A stretch of DNA of 32,000 bases from Candidatus Hadarchaeota archaeon (GTDB lineage Archaea > Hadarchaeota > Hadarchaeia > Hadarchaeales > Hadarchaeaceae). Made by a program: the position numbers and the translations under genes. Each line of letters begins with the position of its first letter. The stretch's first letter is position 1. The notes beneath the pieces are model-generated. The model saw only the letters and a list, made by a program, of their open reading frames with translations, made no database searches and had not been told where the DNA came from. Positions 1-10,409 of this stretch are shown here, one piece after another. Where the stretch lies: positions 753,063-785,062 of the forward strand of contig CAZETV010000001.1 of assembly GCA_964514965.1 (NCBI GenBank). The letters are read 5' to 3'.

Positions 1-1147
1 TTCCTGGAATTCCCTCGCGCGTGAAGCTCGCATAATCGCTATAGCCCCCAACATCTTGTGCGTACTCTAGTTGTACATAGAAGTCGAGGTTTTCTGCTAG
101 CTCCTGAGCATAGTTATCCAACCACTCAGTTGTGGCTATCTCCCGTGAGCCCTTGAGGCCGACACGCAGCCCGTTCTCAGGACCGGGAGCGATCACATCA
201 AAAACAACTGCGGCGATGATTTTGTTATCAACATGCTCGCGCACAAATGCCGTACTTCCCAGCAGACCGAGTTCCTCACTTCCAAAGGTTGTAAAAAGTA
301 TGGTACGGGGGAGGTCTTCCATTGAGAGTACCCGAGCCATCTCGAGTACTACTGCGACGCCTGAAGCATCGTCGACCGTGCCGGGGGTCAGAACTGAATC
401 GTGGTGTGCGCCAACAATTATAATCTCCTCGTTCTCGCCTGGCAATTTCGCCACAACGTTGCGAGATGTTGAGCGCTCAATCCTAGCACTCAATCGCAAC
501 TCGACCTCAACTTTATCCTGCTCCAAGAGTTCGATTAAGCGCTGCGCATCCTCCCCAGAGATCCAGAACAAAGGTGCCCCAGGTGGGTCCGACCAAATCT
601 CCGAATAGGGCGGCCAATTCTCAAAATAGGTCAACACTGCTAACGGTGGCAGGCCCACGAGCGTCCGGAGAAAATTATTTCCTTCGACTAGAATGTTTCT
701 CTCTACCAAAATCACGCGCTCGCGCAATTGTTCTAAGTTTTCCGGTTTTTCCGTCACGCGCATAAGTTGTCCGGTGATGATGTTGTCCGTCGATGGGGAG
801 TAAACAGCTGGTATGAAAGTTAAATCAAATTGCTCAGGCGAGGTCACGCGAAGCCAATTTTCCTCGACCACGTAAGAATTTTCTATGGTGAAGTTCTCAA
901 TCCATGCCTCCAAGCCGTAGCTCTGGAACTCGTTCATGATGTAGCTAGCGGCCACGGCCTCAGCTTGAGTGCCAGCGAAGCGCGGGGCAATGCTGGTCAA
1001 GAACTCTATATGCCCGTAAACATTATCCTTAGAGACTTCGAGCTGTTGACTGTAAACTAGGGTTGATGTAAACAACACCCATATTAACACCCCGATTATC
1101 ACCAACTGGCCCACGACGGATTTTCTCGACAAACTCCTCGCCATCAT
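1..1147 (-). CDS. M28-family zinc aminopeptidase, secreted or membrane-anchored (C-terminus runs off the window)
   Basis: Reverse-strand reading from ATG at 1147/1144: MARSLSRKSVVGQLVIIGVLIWVLFTSTLVYSQQLEVSKDNVYGHIEFLTSIAPRFAGTQAEA... with a hydrophobic signal/anchor, then VVAKLPGENEEIIIVGAHHDSVLTPGTVDDASGVAVVLEMARVLS...TTFGSEELGLLGS (M28 metal-ligand motifs). Absent from the ORF track, presumably because there is no stop inside the window. Confidence 0.88.
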   Translation of the reverse strand, partial: MMARSLSRKSVVGQLVIIGVLIWVLFTSTLVYSQQLEVSKDNVYGHIEFLTSIAPRFAGTQAEAVAASYIMNEFQSYGLEAWIENFTIENSYVVEENWLRVTSPEQFDLTFIPAVYSPSTDNIITGQLMRVTEKPENLEQLRERVILVERNILVEGNNFLRTLVGLPPLAVLTYFENWPPYSEIWSDPPGAPLFWISGEDAQRLIELLEQDKVEVELRLSARIERSTSRNVVAKLPGENEEIIIVGAHHDSVLTPGTVDDASGVAVVLEMARVLSMEDLPRTILFTTFGSEELGLLGSTAFVREHVDNKIIAAVVFDVIAPGPENGLRVGLKGSREIATTEWLDNYAQELAENLDFYVQLEYAQDVGGYSDYASFTREGIPG

Positions 1148-2358
1148 ACTCTCCCTGGCGGTGCGCCTCTAAATGCAATTTTGACCAATATGGGAGTTAT
1201 AAGCGTTGTCACGAGAACAATCATCACAGTTATCGAGAGCAACGCTGAATCAATAATCCCCGCTTCGGTTCCGATCGCGGCTATGACGAGCGCTATTTCC
1301 GCGCGAGGCATCATGCCTATCCCTACTCGAAGCGAATCCCTGCCGCTGAAGCCGCCAATGAATGCACCTATCCCACACCCAATTATCTTGGCAAAAATCG
1401 CTATACCAACCAAAGCCAGTGCTAAGAAGAAAACGCCAGCCAGTGCCCCAAAGTCTGTACGTGTACCCATCTCAACAAAGAAAAATGGGATGAAAAATCC
1501 ATACCCGATCGTAGATATCTTAGCCCTCAAAGACCCAGCCACGGGGGCTTTGCTGATTACCACCCCTGCAATGAATGCACCCGTAATTGCTGCGACACTT
1601 ACTTTCTCTGCAAATGCGCCTATCAAGAAGACTATGGCGAGGGCGATAGATAGGGTCACCTCTTCGACATGTAGTCTGCCCACGAAAGTTAGCACGCGCG
1701 GCAGTGTTTTAAAACCAACATAGATTATCGTCAGGAAGAAAATGATGACCAACGCTAAATTTTCTGCAAGCCCGAGGAAGGTGAGACCTCCGAATGCGAG
1801 GCCCGCCAGTACACTGAGGATGACAATTCCGATGATATCATCAAGAACCGCCGCGCCAAGTATAGTCATGCCGACGCGTGTATGAAGCCTGTGAACGTCC
1901 ATAAGCGTCCTAACCGTGATACCGACACTGGTTGCAACCAGAACGGCCCCCATAAATGCCGCTTGTATGAGAGTCCAGTTGAGCAGAAACGCGACCCCGA
2001 ACCCAAGCAGAAAGGCGGTTACGACCCCAGTTACAGCGACCAATGTTGCAGATTTCTCGGACTTCTTGAACTCATCCACATCTATCGATAGGCCAGCCAG
2101 GAAAAGCAGGAGGATTATTCCAATATCTGCACATACACTCACGAACTCCCCCGCGGGCGAGTTGAGGTCTATGAACAAAGGAACACCAAATAGTTGCTGC
2201 GATATCCAGCCCGCTACAAATGGGCCGATTATAATCCCAGCAATCAATTCACCAAGCACGCCCGGTTGCCTGAACTTCGCCGCAAGCATCCCACCTGCCT
2301 TCGCCACGATGAGAAAGATTGCCAGATATAAAAGTAGAGATGAAATCTCAACCGTCAT
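1144..2358 (-). CDS. Cation:proton antiporter (CPA2, KefB/NapA-like membrane domain)
   Basis: 404 aa polytopic protein; FRQPGVLGELIAGIIIGP, DIGIILLLFLAGLSIDVDEF, GAAVLDDIIGIVILS, GMMPRAEIALVIA motifs. Confidence 0.9.
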   Translation of the reverse strand: MTVEISSLLLYLAIFLIVAKAGGMLAAKFRQPGVLGELIAGIIIGPFVAGWISQQLFGVPLFIDLNSPAGEFVSVCADIGIILLLFLAGLSIDVDEFKKSEKSATLVAVTGVVTAFLLGFGVAFLLNWTLIQAAFMGAVLVATSVGITVRTLMDVHRLHTRVGMTILGAAVLDDIIGIVILSVLAGLAFGGLTFLGLAENLALVIIFFLTIIYVGFKTLPRVLTFVGRLHVEEVTLSIALAIVFLIGAFAEKVSVAAITGAFIAGVVISKAPVAGSLRAKISTIGYGFFIPFFFVEMGTRTDFGALAGVFFLALALVGIAIFAKIIGCGIGAFIGGFSGRDSLRVGIGMMPRAEIALVIAAIGTEAGIIDSALLSITVMIVLVTTLITPILVKIAFRGAPPGRV

Positions 2359-2367
2359 GTTATGCCC

Positions 2368-2853
2368 CTACCTCAGCGTGTGGTATAGCTCGATGATATC
2401 GCGCAAACAGATGAGCCCTACCAAGCGCTCATTCTCGACGACGGGTAAGTGGCGGAGCTTATGTGCCACCATAAGGTTAAGGGCCTCTTGTGCTGTCATG
2501 CTGGGGGCCACTGTAACCGGTCGTCTTGTCATGATTTCACCCACGGTGCTAGCAGAGCGCTTCATCGCCTGTTTTATCATCGCATGCCCAACCGTTACAT
2601 GGCGCAGTGGAACTTGAAGTACATGGAGCACATCGCTCTCGGTTACTATGCCGAGAAGCTTTCGATTTTTGTCGATGACTGGAAAACAGTCTTCGATTTG
2701 TCCTCTGAGGAGCTCTAGGAGGTCCTCTATTGAAGTATCCGGGTCGACCTTTCGGGGCCTTGAATTCATTATTTCTTTAACTTTCTTCTCCATCAGGCTC
2801 TTCGGATGGATTGGCTCTGGGTCTTGATTCAATTTTTGTCTTTCCTCATCCAT
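2368..2853 (-). CDS. CBS-domain pair protein
   Basis: Two CBS repeats: MNSRPRKVDPDTSIEDLLELLRGQIEDCFPVIDKNRKLLGIVTESDVL and MTRRPVTVAPSMTAQEALNLMVAHKLRHLPVVENERLVGLICLRDII. Confidence 0.9.
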   Translation of the reverse strand: MDEERQKLNQDPEPIHPKSLMEKKVKEIMNSRPRKVDPDTSIEDLLELLRGQIEDCFPVIDKNRKLLGIVTESDVLHVLQVPLRHVTVGHAMIKQAMKRSASTVGEIMTRRPVTVAPSMTAQEALNLMVAHKLRHLPVVENERLVGLICLRDIIELYHTLR

Positions 2854-3044
2854 ACTAACTCCGTATCAAGCTAGTACACGAGCTTAAAATGTTTTAGCAA
2901 AAGTGTGCGATTTATTATAGCTACAATAAAAAAGCAAAGATGCAAACGAAAATTATATTATTTGCTCGGTTTTCATAATCATGTACGACAACAATCACTT
3001 TTTTACACCCTCGTAAACTCATTAAATAACATGGAGACAGTACT

Positions 3045-4046
3045 ATGGCGCACGCCGACCTGAGAGTAAATCTCGGGAAACTTCGCCTGAGAAATCCAAC
3101 CTTATTGGCGGCGGGCATTTTAGGGCTAACTGGAGCTTCACTTAAACGAGTTTGGAATGCGGGAGCGGGAGCTGTTATCACCAAAAGCGTGAGCCTAGAA
3201 CCTGTTGAAGGATATCCTGGGCCGAGGGTCGTCCAAGTTCGTGGAGGTTTACTGAATGCCATGGGGCTGTCGAGTCCCGGGGTAAAAAACATCCTCGAAG
3301 AGATTAAGATTGCAAAGAATGGTGAGGCAACAGTCATAGGCAGCGTCTTTGGAGAAAATGAAAAGGAATTCTCTGATGTTGCGAAAGAGATGGAAAAAGT
3401 TAACACTGACGCGGTAGAATTGAATCTCTCATGTCCCCATTTTGAGACTCTACTAACCATGGGGCAAGACCCTAAACTCACGAAAAAAATTGTTAAAGGA
3501 GTTAAGAAAAAAATAAAAGTACCTGTTTGGGTAAAACTCCCTGGAAATACACACATTCCTAACCTCATAGAAGTTGCAAAATCAGCTGAAGTTGCAGGAG
3601 CCGATGCCATTACCATAAGCAATACCGTTCCAGCAATAGTGTTAGACCTAGAAGCAGAACGGGCAGTCCTAGGGCACGAAGTTGGGGGACTTTCAGGCCC
3701 GGCAATTAAGCCCATTTCGATGAGACTGGTCTACGAACTTTTTAAAACTGTGAAAATTCCGATAATCGGCTCTGGTGGCATTATAACCCCGGAAGATGCG
3801 ATAGAATTCTTGGTTGCCGGAGCCTCCGCAGTTCAAATTGGAACTGGAATCATGTATCGGGGACTGGAAATCTTTAATGAAATTTGCACAGGGATCCAAT
3901 CATTCATGGAGAAAAAAGGACTTGAAGAGGTCAATGAAATCACGGGGTTGGTACATTCACCCTTCTCTCTTACAAGTTGTGGCAGGCCCCGGCGACCACG
4001 TGCAAAAATATCCACGAATATGTCCCGCCGCGTTCGAGGAATATAA
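3045..4046 (+). CDS. pyrD: Dihydroorotate dehydrogenase, type 1B catalytic subunit
   Basis: LRNPTLLAAGILG, TKSVSLEPVEGYPGPRVV, NLSCPH, VWVKLPGN, ITISNT, GLSGPAIKPISMRLVYEL, IPIIGSGGIITPEDAIEFLVAGASAVQIGTG. C-terminus is unusually extended. Confidence 0.93.
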   Translation: MAHADLRVNLGKLRLRNPTLLAAGILGLTGASLKRVWNAGAGAVITKSVSLEPVEGYPGPRVVQVRGGLLNAMGLSSPGVKNILEEIKIAKNGEATVIGSVFGENEKEFSDVAKEMEKVNTDAVELNLSCPHFETLLTMGQDPKLTKKIVKGVKKKIKVPVWVKLPGNTHIPNLIEVAKSAEVAGADAITISNTVPAIVLDLEAERAVLGHEVGGLSGPAIKPISMRLVYELFKTVKIPIIGSGGIITPEDAIEFLVAGASAVQIGTGIMYRGLEIFNEICTGIQSFMEKKGLEEVNEITGLVHSPFSLTSCGRPRRPRAKISTNMSRRVRGI

Positions 4047-4166
4047 AGGCATCTGAACCCGCCCCTGTCAAAAATTCGCTCAACACGGCCCAATGTCGCC
4101 GGCGGCCTTTCGCCACTTACCTCTGCGCATGCTGCTTCTGTCGGAAGTAACTTACTTTTTAGACAA

Positions 4167-4340
4167 TCAATGCTGGAAAAGCTTCAACTTCCGCGCGGAG
4201 ATTTCGAACATCCCGCACTTCGAGCAGTATATCTCAGCCTGATTGCTCTCCAAGTCTATTGATATCGTATGCGCAGGATTACCGCAGTAAGGGCAGCTCA
4301 CTGGCCCGTGAAGCAGTTCTGAAATTCTCCTATCATCCAT
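4167..4340 (-). CDS. Small zinc-ribbon protein (57 aa)
   Basis: Read manually: MDDRRISELLHGPVSCPYCGNPAHTISIDLESNQAEIYCSKCGMFEISARKLKLFQH, stop TGA. Two CxxC knuckles (CPYC, CSKC), GGAG about 6 nt before ATG. Below the apparent 60-aa cutoff of the track. Confidence 0.72.
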   Translation of the reverse strand: MDDRRISELLHGPVSCPYCGNPAHTISIDLESNQAEIYCSKCGMFEISARKLKLFQH

Positions 4341-4594
4341 CTTTTATCTCCTAATTTTTCTCCCCCTGTACGAGCTTACACAGTCGGATGGGCAATATGA
4401 AAAAATGATTCCTATCGAGTGCATGAGAACTTCGATGATTCCCATTCTCTAACCCTCCAAGCTTCCAATTAAACTTTGAAGAAACGTGCCTTTAATCTAT
4501 GCCCGAAACCGTCAAAAAATATCATTTATTCGACTATAAATAAACTAGGAATTAATAAACCAAGCAGATATGCGTTTCCAAGAATTCCCGCTTT

Positions 4595-5449
4595 TTATTT
4601 GCGAGGATGCCAATCTAGTTCGATTTTCCTTCCACTGGCGTCTCGCGTGAAAATTCCAAATTCGTCTTTTATTTTCCTTAACCTATCCGAAGAAAAGATT
4701 GGGCCATCAACACAAACTCTGTAAGGTCCTATGCAACAGCTACCACACAATCCAACCGAACACTTCATCATTCGCTCTAAAGAGACTTGCAAAGGGATTT
4801 TGTATTCTTCTGAAAGGTCAAATGTTTTTTTCAACATCAGCTCGGGCCCGCACGCGAGTATACAATCAAATTTATTACTTCTCAGTATGTCTTCCAACAC
4901 TTCGGTGGCTAGACCTTTCATTCCTGCCGAGCCATCTTCGGTGCTTATCTTCAGTTCTACATCCAAATTTTCGAGCCTCGATTTGAAAAGGAGTTCATCA
5001 GATGTCTTCGCACCCAGAATCACGGTGACTTCCTTGCCTTCGGACAGGGCCACTTCTGCGCCAAACGCCAATGGAGCCGCACCGTATCCACCCCCAACCA
5101 TCAAAAGTCTTTTTCCAGAGAGGTCGAACCAATTTCCATAAGGTCCCCTAACTCCAATCTTGTCACCTTTCCCTAACTCGTGAAGCCGTGCAGTTGCATC
5201 ACCCACTTTTGCCACAGTCAACCCCAGCTCGCCTTTTTTATCCGCCTTTGACACGCTCATCGGTATCTCATCTTTTTCGATTACCCAAAACATGACAAAC
5301 TGCCCCGGTCGAACTTTTGACGAAATATTCGGGCAATTAACGTGGAAAGTTTTGGTCGTGGGAGTCTCATTCACGACTTTGTTTATCGGCAAAACCTTTG
5401 GCCTATGAACTACTTCGCGGAATAAATCGTCCATAACCATCTTTTCCAA
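4595..5449 (-). CDS. pyrK: Dihydroorotate dehydrogenase B electron-transfer subunit (FAD/2Fe-2S)
   Basis: RPGQFVMFWV, MLVGGGYGAAPLAFGAEVAL, CGPELMLKKTFDL, MKCSVGLCGSCCIGPYRVCVDGPIF (2Fe-2S ligands). TTG at 5449 or an internal ATG could be the start. Confidence 0.92.
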   Translation of the reverse strand: MEKMVMDDLFREVVHRPKVLPINKVVNETPTTKTFHVNCPNISSKVRPGQFVMFWVIEKDEIPMSVSKADKKGELGLTVAKVGDATARLHELGKGDKIGVRGPYGNWFDLSGKRLLMVGGGYGAAPLAFGAEVALSEGKEVTVILGAKTSDELLFKSRLENLDVELKISTEDGSAGMKGLATEVLEDILRSNKFDCILACGPELMLKKTFDLSEEYKIPLQVSLERMMKCSVGLCGSCCIGPYRVCVDGPIFSSDRLRKIKDEFGIFTRDASGRKIELDWHPRK

Positions 5450-6743
5450 TTACCTCACCATCCTCAAACACCACCTCACCCCGAACGAGAGTCATAAACG
5501 GTTTTCCGATGACCCTATATCCCTCAAAAGGGGTGAATTTGGTTTTTCCATGCAATTCTTCTCCTTTGATTTTCCACTTCTCCTTTTGATTCAAAGCTAC
5601 AAAATCTGCATCGGCCCCTGGTTTGATTATCCCCTTAAGCATTCCGGACTTGCCGCGGAGGCCGAATATTTTTGCTGGCATCGTGCACATTGCCTCAACC
5701 AATCTGAAAATAGAAAGCCTCCTTTTTCGAACTAAGGTGTAAATGAGCGGGAGAGAGGTTTCAACTCCAGCTATGCCCGGTGGTGATTCCCATATGTTCA
5801 TTTTGCCTTTTTTCTTTTCCTTCAGCGCATGGGGCGCATGGTCGCTGACCACAATATCGATCGTTCCACTCCGCAGTGCTCTAAAAATTGCGAGCCTATC
5901 CGCTGGAGATCGAAGTGGGGGCAAAGTTTGTGCGAACGGCCCAAGCTTGCGTAAATGAATTGATGAAAGAAGCAGGTGGTGGGGAGTCGCCTCGCATGTC
6001 ACCTTCCCAGTCCTTTTTGCCTTCGCGATTAAATTTATCGATTCACTCGTTGTTACGTGGCAGAGGTGTAGAGGTGCATCATAGAGTAAGCGTAACAAAC
6101 GGGCTATCTCAGAAATTTCAGCCAGTTTGGGCCGACACCTGATGAATTCCTTAATGCTTTTCCCTTGAGGCTTGAATTTTTTGAGCACGACGGGGTCCTC
6201 GGCATGAGCTGAAATGGTTAAGTTAAGTCCTAAAAAATTGGGAATTTCCGAATCACCTTGAGATTCAGTGTAAACTTTAAACGACGCGGCGCCAGCCTTT
6301 GCGAGTTTGGTCCCTTCATCCAAATCGTCGGGCAAGAGGGCGTGCAAACCAAAATCTACACACGACTTACTTTTTGCTATTTTTATCTTCTCTTTGAATC
6401 TCTTCAACGAGTTGGTCGGAGGAACACAGTTTGGCATGTCACAGACCGTGGTTACCCCTCCAGCGGCTGCGGCTCTCGACCCGCTGGCGAAGTCTTCCTT
6501 CCAAGTTAAACCCGGATCCCTGAAATGAACGTGAGCGTCCACGATGCCCGGAAGAAGCAACGACCCTCTCAAATTTACTTTTTTATCTGCTGGCGGCAGA
6601 CGCTTTCTTTGAACCGCAGCTATTTTACCATTATCAATCGCAACCCCTGCCTCCACAAGTAACCCCCGATATGGAATTTTGACGTTTTCCAAGCAGAGGT
6701 CTACCGCTCCCAACTTCTCCCCCGCTGTAAATGAATCTACCAA
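5403..6743 (-). CDS. pyrC: Dihydroorotase
   Basis: LLPGIVDAHVHFRDPG, SAAAGGVTTVCDMPN, ISAHAED, PLHLCHVTT, CEATPHHLLL, IVVSDHAPH. Overlaps the 5' end of pyrK. Confidence 0.94.
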   Translation of the reverse strand: MVDSFTAGEKLGAVDLCLENVKIPYRGLLVEAGVAIDNGKIAAVQRKRLPPADKKVNLRGSLLLPGIVDAHVHFRDPGLTWKEDFASGSRAAAAGGVTTVCDMPNCVPPTNSLKRFKEKIKIAKSKSCVDFGLHALLPDDLDEGTKLAKAGAASFKVYTESQGDSEIPNFLGLNLTISAHAEDPVVLKKFKPQGKSIKEFIRCRPKLAEISEIARLLRLLYDAPLHLCHVTTSESINLIAKAKRTGKVTCEATPHHLLLSSIHLRKLGPFAQTLPPLRSPADRLAIFRALRSGTIDIVVSDHAPHALKEKKKGKMNIWESPPGIAGVETSLPLIYTLVRKRRLSIFRLVEAMCTMPAKIFGLRGKSGMLKGIIKPGADADFVALNQKEKWKIKGEELHGKTKFTPFEGYRVIGKPFMTLVRGEVVFEDGEVIGKDGYGRFIPRSSS

Positions 6744-6838
6744 GCAATATAAGCAATCAGATAGCAGCTAGAATCGAAATTTGCGGCAAAAAAACCTTTG
6801 AACCTGAAAGTTTAATATCATAGCTTTTGAAAGTTTAA

Positions 6839-7771
<933 letters not shown>

Positions 7772-7775
7772 CAGG

Positions 7776-8246
7776 ATGGGAGACGTTGAGACAGAGCTGA
7801 GGGTCAGCAAAATAAAAACGGGAACCGTGATAGACCACATCACCTCCGGCAAGGCACTAGCTGTACTCAGAATTCTGAACATTAGCGGGCAGAACAGTGC
7901 AATTATTTCAGTCTTGATGAATGTCCCAAGCAAAATGCACGGCAAGAAAGACGTGATTAAAGTCGAAAACCGAAAACTGACGGAAGAAGAAGTGAACAAG
8001 ATAGCGTTGGCGGCACCAGATGCAACTATCAACATCATTAAAAATTTCGAGGTAACCGAAAAGAAGAGTGTCGAACTCCCGGAATTCATCGAAGGGATAG
8101 TCAAGTGTTCCAATCCCGGTTGCATCACGAACACTTCCGAACCAGCCATCCCTCGGTTCAGGATTGTCAGCAAGACCCCAGTCAACCTCAGATGTGTTTA
8201 CTGCGAGCGGATAACCGGGGAAAAAGAGTTGTTGGCCCAATTTTGA
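7776..8246 (+). CDS. pyrI: Aspartate carbamoyltransferase regulatory subunit
   Basis: MGDVETELRVSKIKTGTVIDHITSGKALAVLRIL..., zinc site CSNPGCITN...LRCVYCE. The track ORF (7443) is over-extended; ATG at 7776, just after pyrB, is preferred. Confidence 0.94.
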   Translation: MGDVETELRVSKIKTGTVIDHITSGKALAVLRILNISGQNSAIISVLMNVPSKMHGKKDVIKVENRKLTEEEVNKIALAAPDATINIIKNFEVTEKKSVELPEFIEGIVKCSNPGCITNTSEPAIPRFRIVSKTPVNLRCVYCERITGEKELLAQF

Positions 8247-8258
8247 GGTTTTCATTTG

Positions 8259-8963
8259 ATGGGAAAAGAATTCAAAGAAAGAATGTTGAGAAAATCCGAG
8301 AAGAATGAGTCTAAATTAATCTTAGCGCTCGATACACCGAAGGAGCAAGTGCAAAAAATTTTGGAAGATGTCTCAAGCTACGTCGCCGCGGTCAAAATTG
8401 GGTATCCGTTAGTTTTAGAAGCAGGCATAGAAGTGGTTTCAAAAATCAAAGAAGCGGGTGACCTTCCAATCATAGCAGACTTCAAGATTGCAGATGTCCC
8501 GCACACCAACCAGCGAATCGCGCGCTGCGTCTACGATGCTGGAGCTGACGCTGTTATCGCACACGCATTTGTCGGTCGGGACAGTTTGGATGCCATCATC
8601 AAAGTTGCCGATGAAAAAGGAGACAGGGGCGTCATCGTGGTCCCGAATATGTCTCACCCCGGCGCGAGCATGTTCATTGAAGCTGTTTCGGAGCGCATGG
8701 CTAAATTGGCGGTTGATGTCGGCGCAACTGGTGTCATCGGGCCTGCAACGAGACCAAAGGAAATCACGGCACTGAGATTATGGGTGGGTAAGGATTTGCT
8801 GATTCTGACCCCGGGAGTAGGGGCGCAGGGAGCACAACCTGGAGATGCAATAAAAAGCGGTGCCAATTTCGAAATTGTCGGAAGAGCGATATACACCGCC
8901 AAAAGTCCCGCAAAAATGGCAAAAGCGATGCGCGACCAGATTAACGAAAGCATGGAGGGATGA
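8259..8963 (+). CDS. pyrF: Orotidine 5'-phosphate decarboxylase
   Basis: LILALDTP, VAAVKIGYPL, IIADFKIADVPHTN, GVIVVPNMSHPGA, ATRPKEI, ILTPGVGAQG, GADAVIAHAFVG. ATG at 8259 preferred over TTG at 8256. Confidence 0.94.
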   Translation: MGKEFKERMLRKSEKNESKLILALDTPKEQVQKILEDVSSYVAAVKIGYPLVLEAGIEVVSKIKEAGDLPIIADFKIADVPHTNQRIARCVYDAGADAVIAHAFVGRDSLDAIIKVADEKGDRGVIVVPNMSHPGASMFIEAVSERMAKLAVDVGATGVIGPATRPKEITALRLWVGKDLLILTPGVGAQGAQPGDAIKSGANFEIVGRAIYTAKSPAKMAKAMRDQINESMEG

Positions 8964-8967
8964 GTTT

Positions 8968-9600
8968 TTGGATTCAACCTTTTCAAAAAGCAAAATTGAA
9001 AAATGGCAAAAGGCAGCAGTTCTTCTCCATAAGTTAAATGCAATCCAATTTGGCGAGTTCGTTCTGGCCTCCGGAAAGACTAGCCCTTATTATGTTGACC
9101 TCAGACTCACACCTTCATACCCCGAGGTATTCAACAAACTCGCCAACCTTTGTGTGGATATGGTAAAGCAGGAAATAAACAGGGTAATCTATAAGTTTGC
9201 CGGGGTGCCATATGCAGGTCTTTCTCTGGCCACGCTTGTGAGCTTCAAACTCAAATCTCCATTAATCTTTGTGAGAAAAGAGAAGAAACCCCATGGCCGC
9301 ATGAAGATGGTTGAAGGGTTGCTCGAGCCGGGAGACCACGTCATTTTGATTGATGACCTAGCAACCACTGGAGGAAGCATCTTGGACGCGGCCAACGCAA
9401 TTAGGGCGGAGGGCGGGACGGTCGAACACGCTTTTGTAATCCTCGATCGAGAAGAGGGAGCCAAGAAGATGTTGGAAACCAACAATATTCATCTACATGC
9501 CTGTATGGGGATCAAGGCGGTTGTAAAATATTTACATGACACGGATTTTCTTGATAACAGACAATACTCTTTGGTCATGAAATATTTAGAGCAAAATTAA
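8968..9600 (+). CDS. pyrE: Orotate phosphoribosyltransferase
   Basis: FGEFVLASGKTSPYYVDLRL, GVPYAGLSLATLVS, LIFVRKEKKPHG, VILIDDLATTGGSILDA. Probable TTG start at 8968 preceded by GGAGG; the track start at 8860 lies within pyrF. Confidence 0.93.
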   Translation: MDSTFSKSKIEKWQKAAVLLHKLNAIQFGEFVLASGKTSPYYVDLRLTPSYPEVFNKLANLCVDMVKQEINRVIYKFAGVPYAGLSLATLVSFKLKSPLIFVRKEKKPHGRMKMVEGLLEPGDHVILIDDLATTGGSILDAANAIRAEGGTVEHAFVILDREEGAKKMLETNNIHLHACMGIKAVVKYLHDTDFLDNRQYSLVMKYLEQN

Positions 9601-10406
9601 TGCGTTCTCAAATATTCAACCATAGATTCCAGTATCAACTTGCCATCACCATACTTCGGAATTTCTTTCATCATCGTCCAGTTAGGGAGCTGAACTCCGT
9701 AATATGCCCGCTCGGGGTGAGGCATCAAACCAAAAATTGTCCCGCTAGGATCGCAAATACCAGCAATGTCGTGAAAAGCTCCATTCGGATTTATCGGGTA
9801 CTTCCCGTCAGCATATGCTCCCTTCTCATCACAATATCTAAACACAAGCTGGTCGTTCTCGTACAGTTCTTCTAGATAATTTTTCTCATTTTTCTTCGAG
9901 AAAACAAACCTGCCCTCACTATGTGCCACAGGCACGAAAAGTTTTTGTCCTTTTTGAAATTTTTTAGTAAATATGCATTTGCCACGATTTTCATGTTTTA
10001 AGTAAACCCATCTGCACTCATATTTCGCTGAGCAATTGATTGCTAAGGCCGCATCAGGATAATCGTTAATTCCCTTGAACCCTGGCAACAACCCAGTCTC
10101 GACCAATACTTGAAATCCATTGCATATCCCTAATATCGGCCTTCCCTCTTCGACAAACTTCCTTAACTCATTGGCGAGCTCGGTAGCAATCCACTTGCCC
10201 AAAATTGCCCCTGCCCGCACATAGTCGCCATATGAAAAACCGCCAGGAATGATGAGAGCGTCGTAATCTAAGATATTTTTGTCCTTTGCAAGATTGTTTG
10301 TATGAATTATCTCTGATTTTACGCCTAAATCGTCGAGCGCCGCCTTTGTCTCAACATCACAATTTGTTCCTCCAACACGCATAACACAAATTTTAATTTC
10401 TTTCAT
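9597..10406 (-). CDS. purQ: Phosphoribosylformylglycinamidine synthase, glutaminase subunit (apparently intact catalytic residues)
   Basis: VMRVGGTNCDVET, LIIPGGFSYGDYVRAGAI, RPILGICNGFQVLVETGLLPG (catalytic Cys), VAHSEGRF, GLMPHPERAY. Confidence 0.95.
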   Translation of the reverse strand: MKEIKICVMRVGGTNCDVETKAALDDLGVKSEIIHTNNLAKDKNILDYDALIIPGGFSYGDYVRAGAILGKWIATELANELRKFVEEGRPILGICNGFQVLVETGLLPGFKGINDYPDAALAINCSAKYECRWVYLKHENRGKCIFTKKFQKGQKLFVPVAHSEGRFVFSKKNEKNYLEELYENDQLVFRYCDEKGAYADGKYPINPNGAFHDIAGICDPSGTIFGLMPHPERAYYGVQLPNWTMMKEIPKYGDGKLILESMVEYLRTH

Positions 10407-10409
10407 TTT

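Noticed and set aside
2368-2370. CBS protein and antiporter as one protein split by a TAG
   Set aside because: The downstream gene has its own ATG and G-rich ribosome-binding sequence at proper spacing, and the same geometry occurs between clearly separate genes (folD|purM, purM|purS). Kept as a junction pattern, not as a fusion.
1181-2617. Plus-strand ORFs 1181..1723, 1882..2091 and 1916..2617
   Set aside because: Antisense shadows of the antiporter and CBS genes, with no recognisable domain.
2921-3715. 264-aa minus-strand ORF opposite pyrD
   Set aside because: Ser/Pro/Thr-rich antisense translation of a well-supported pyrD; no domain features.
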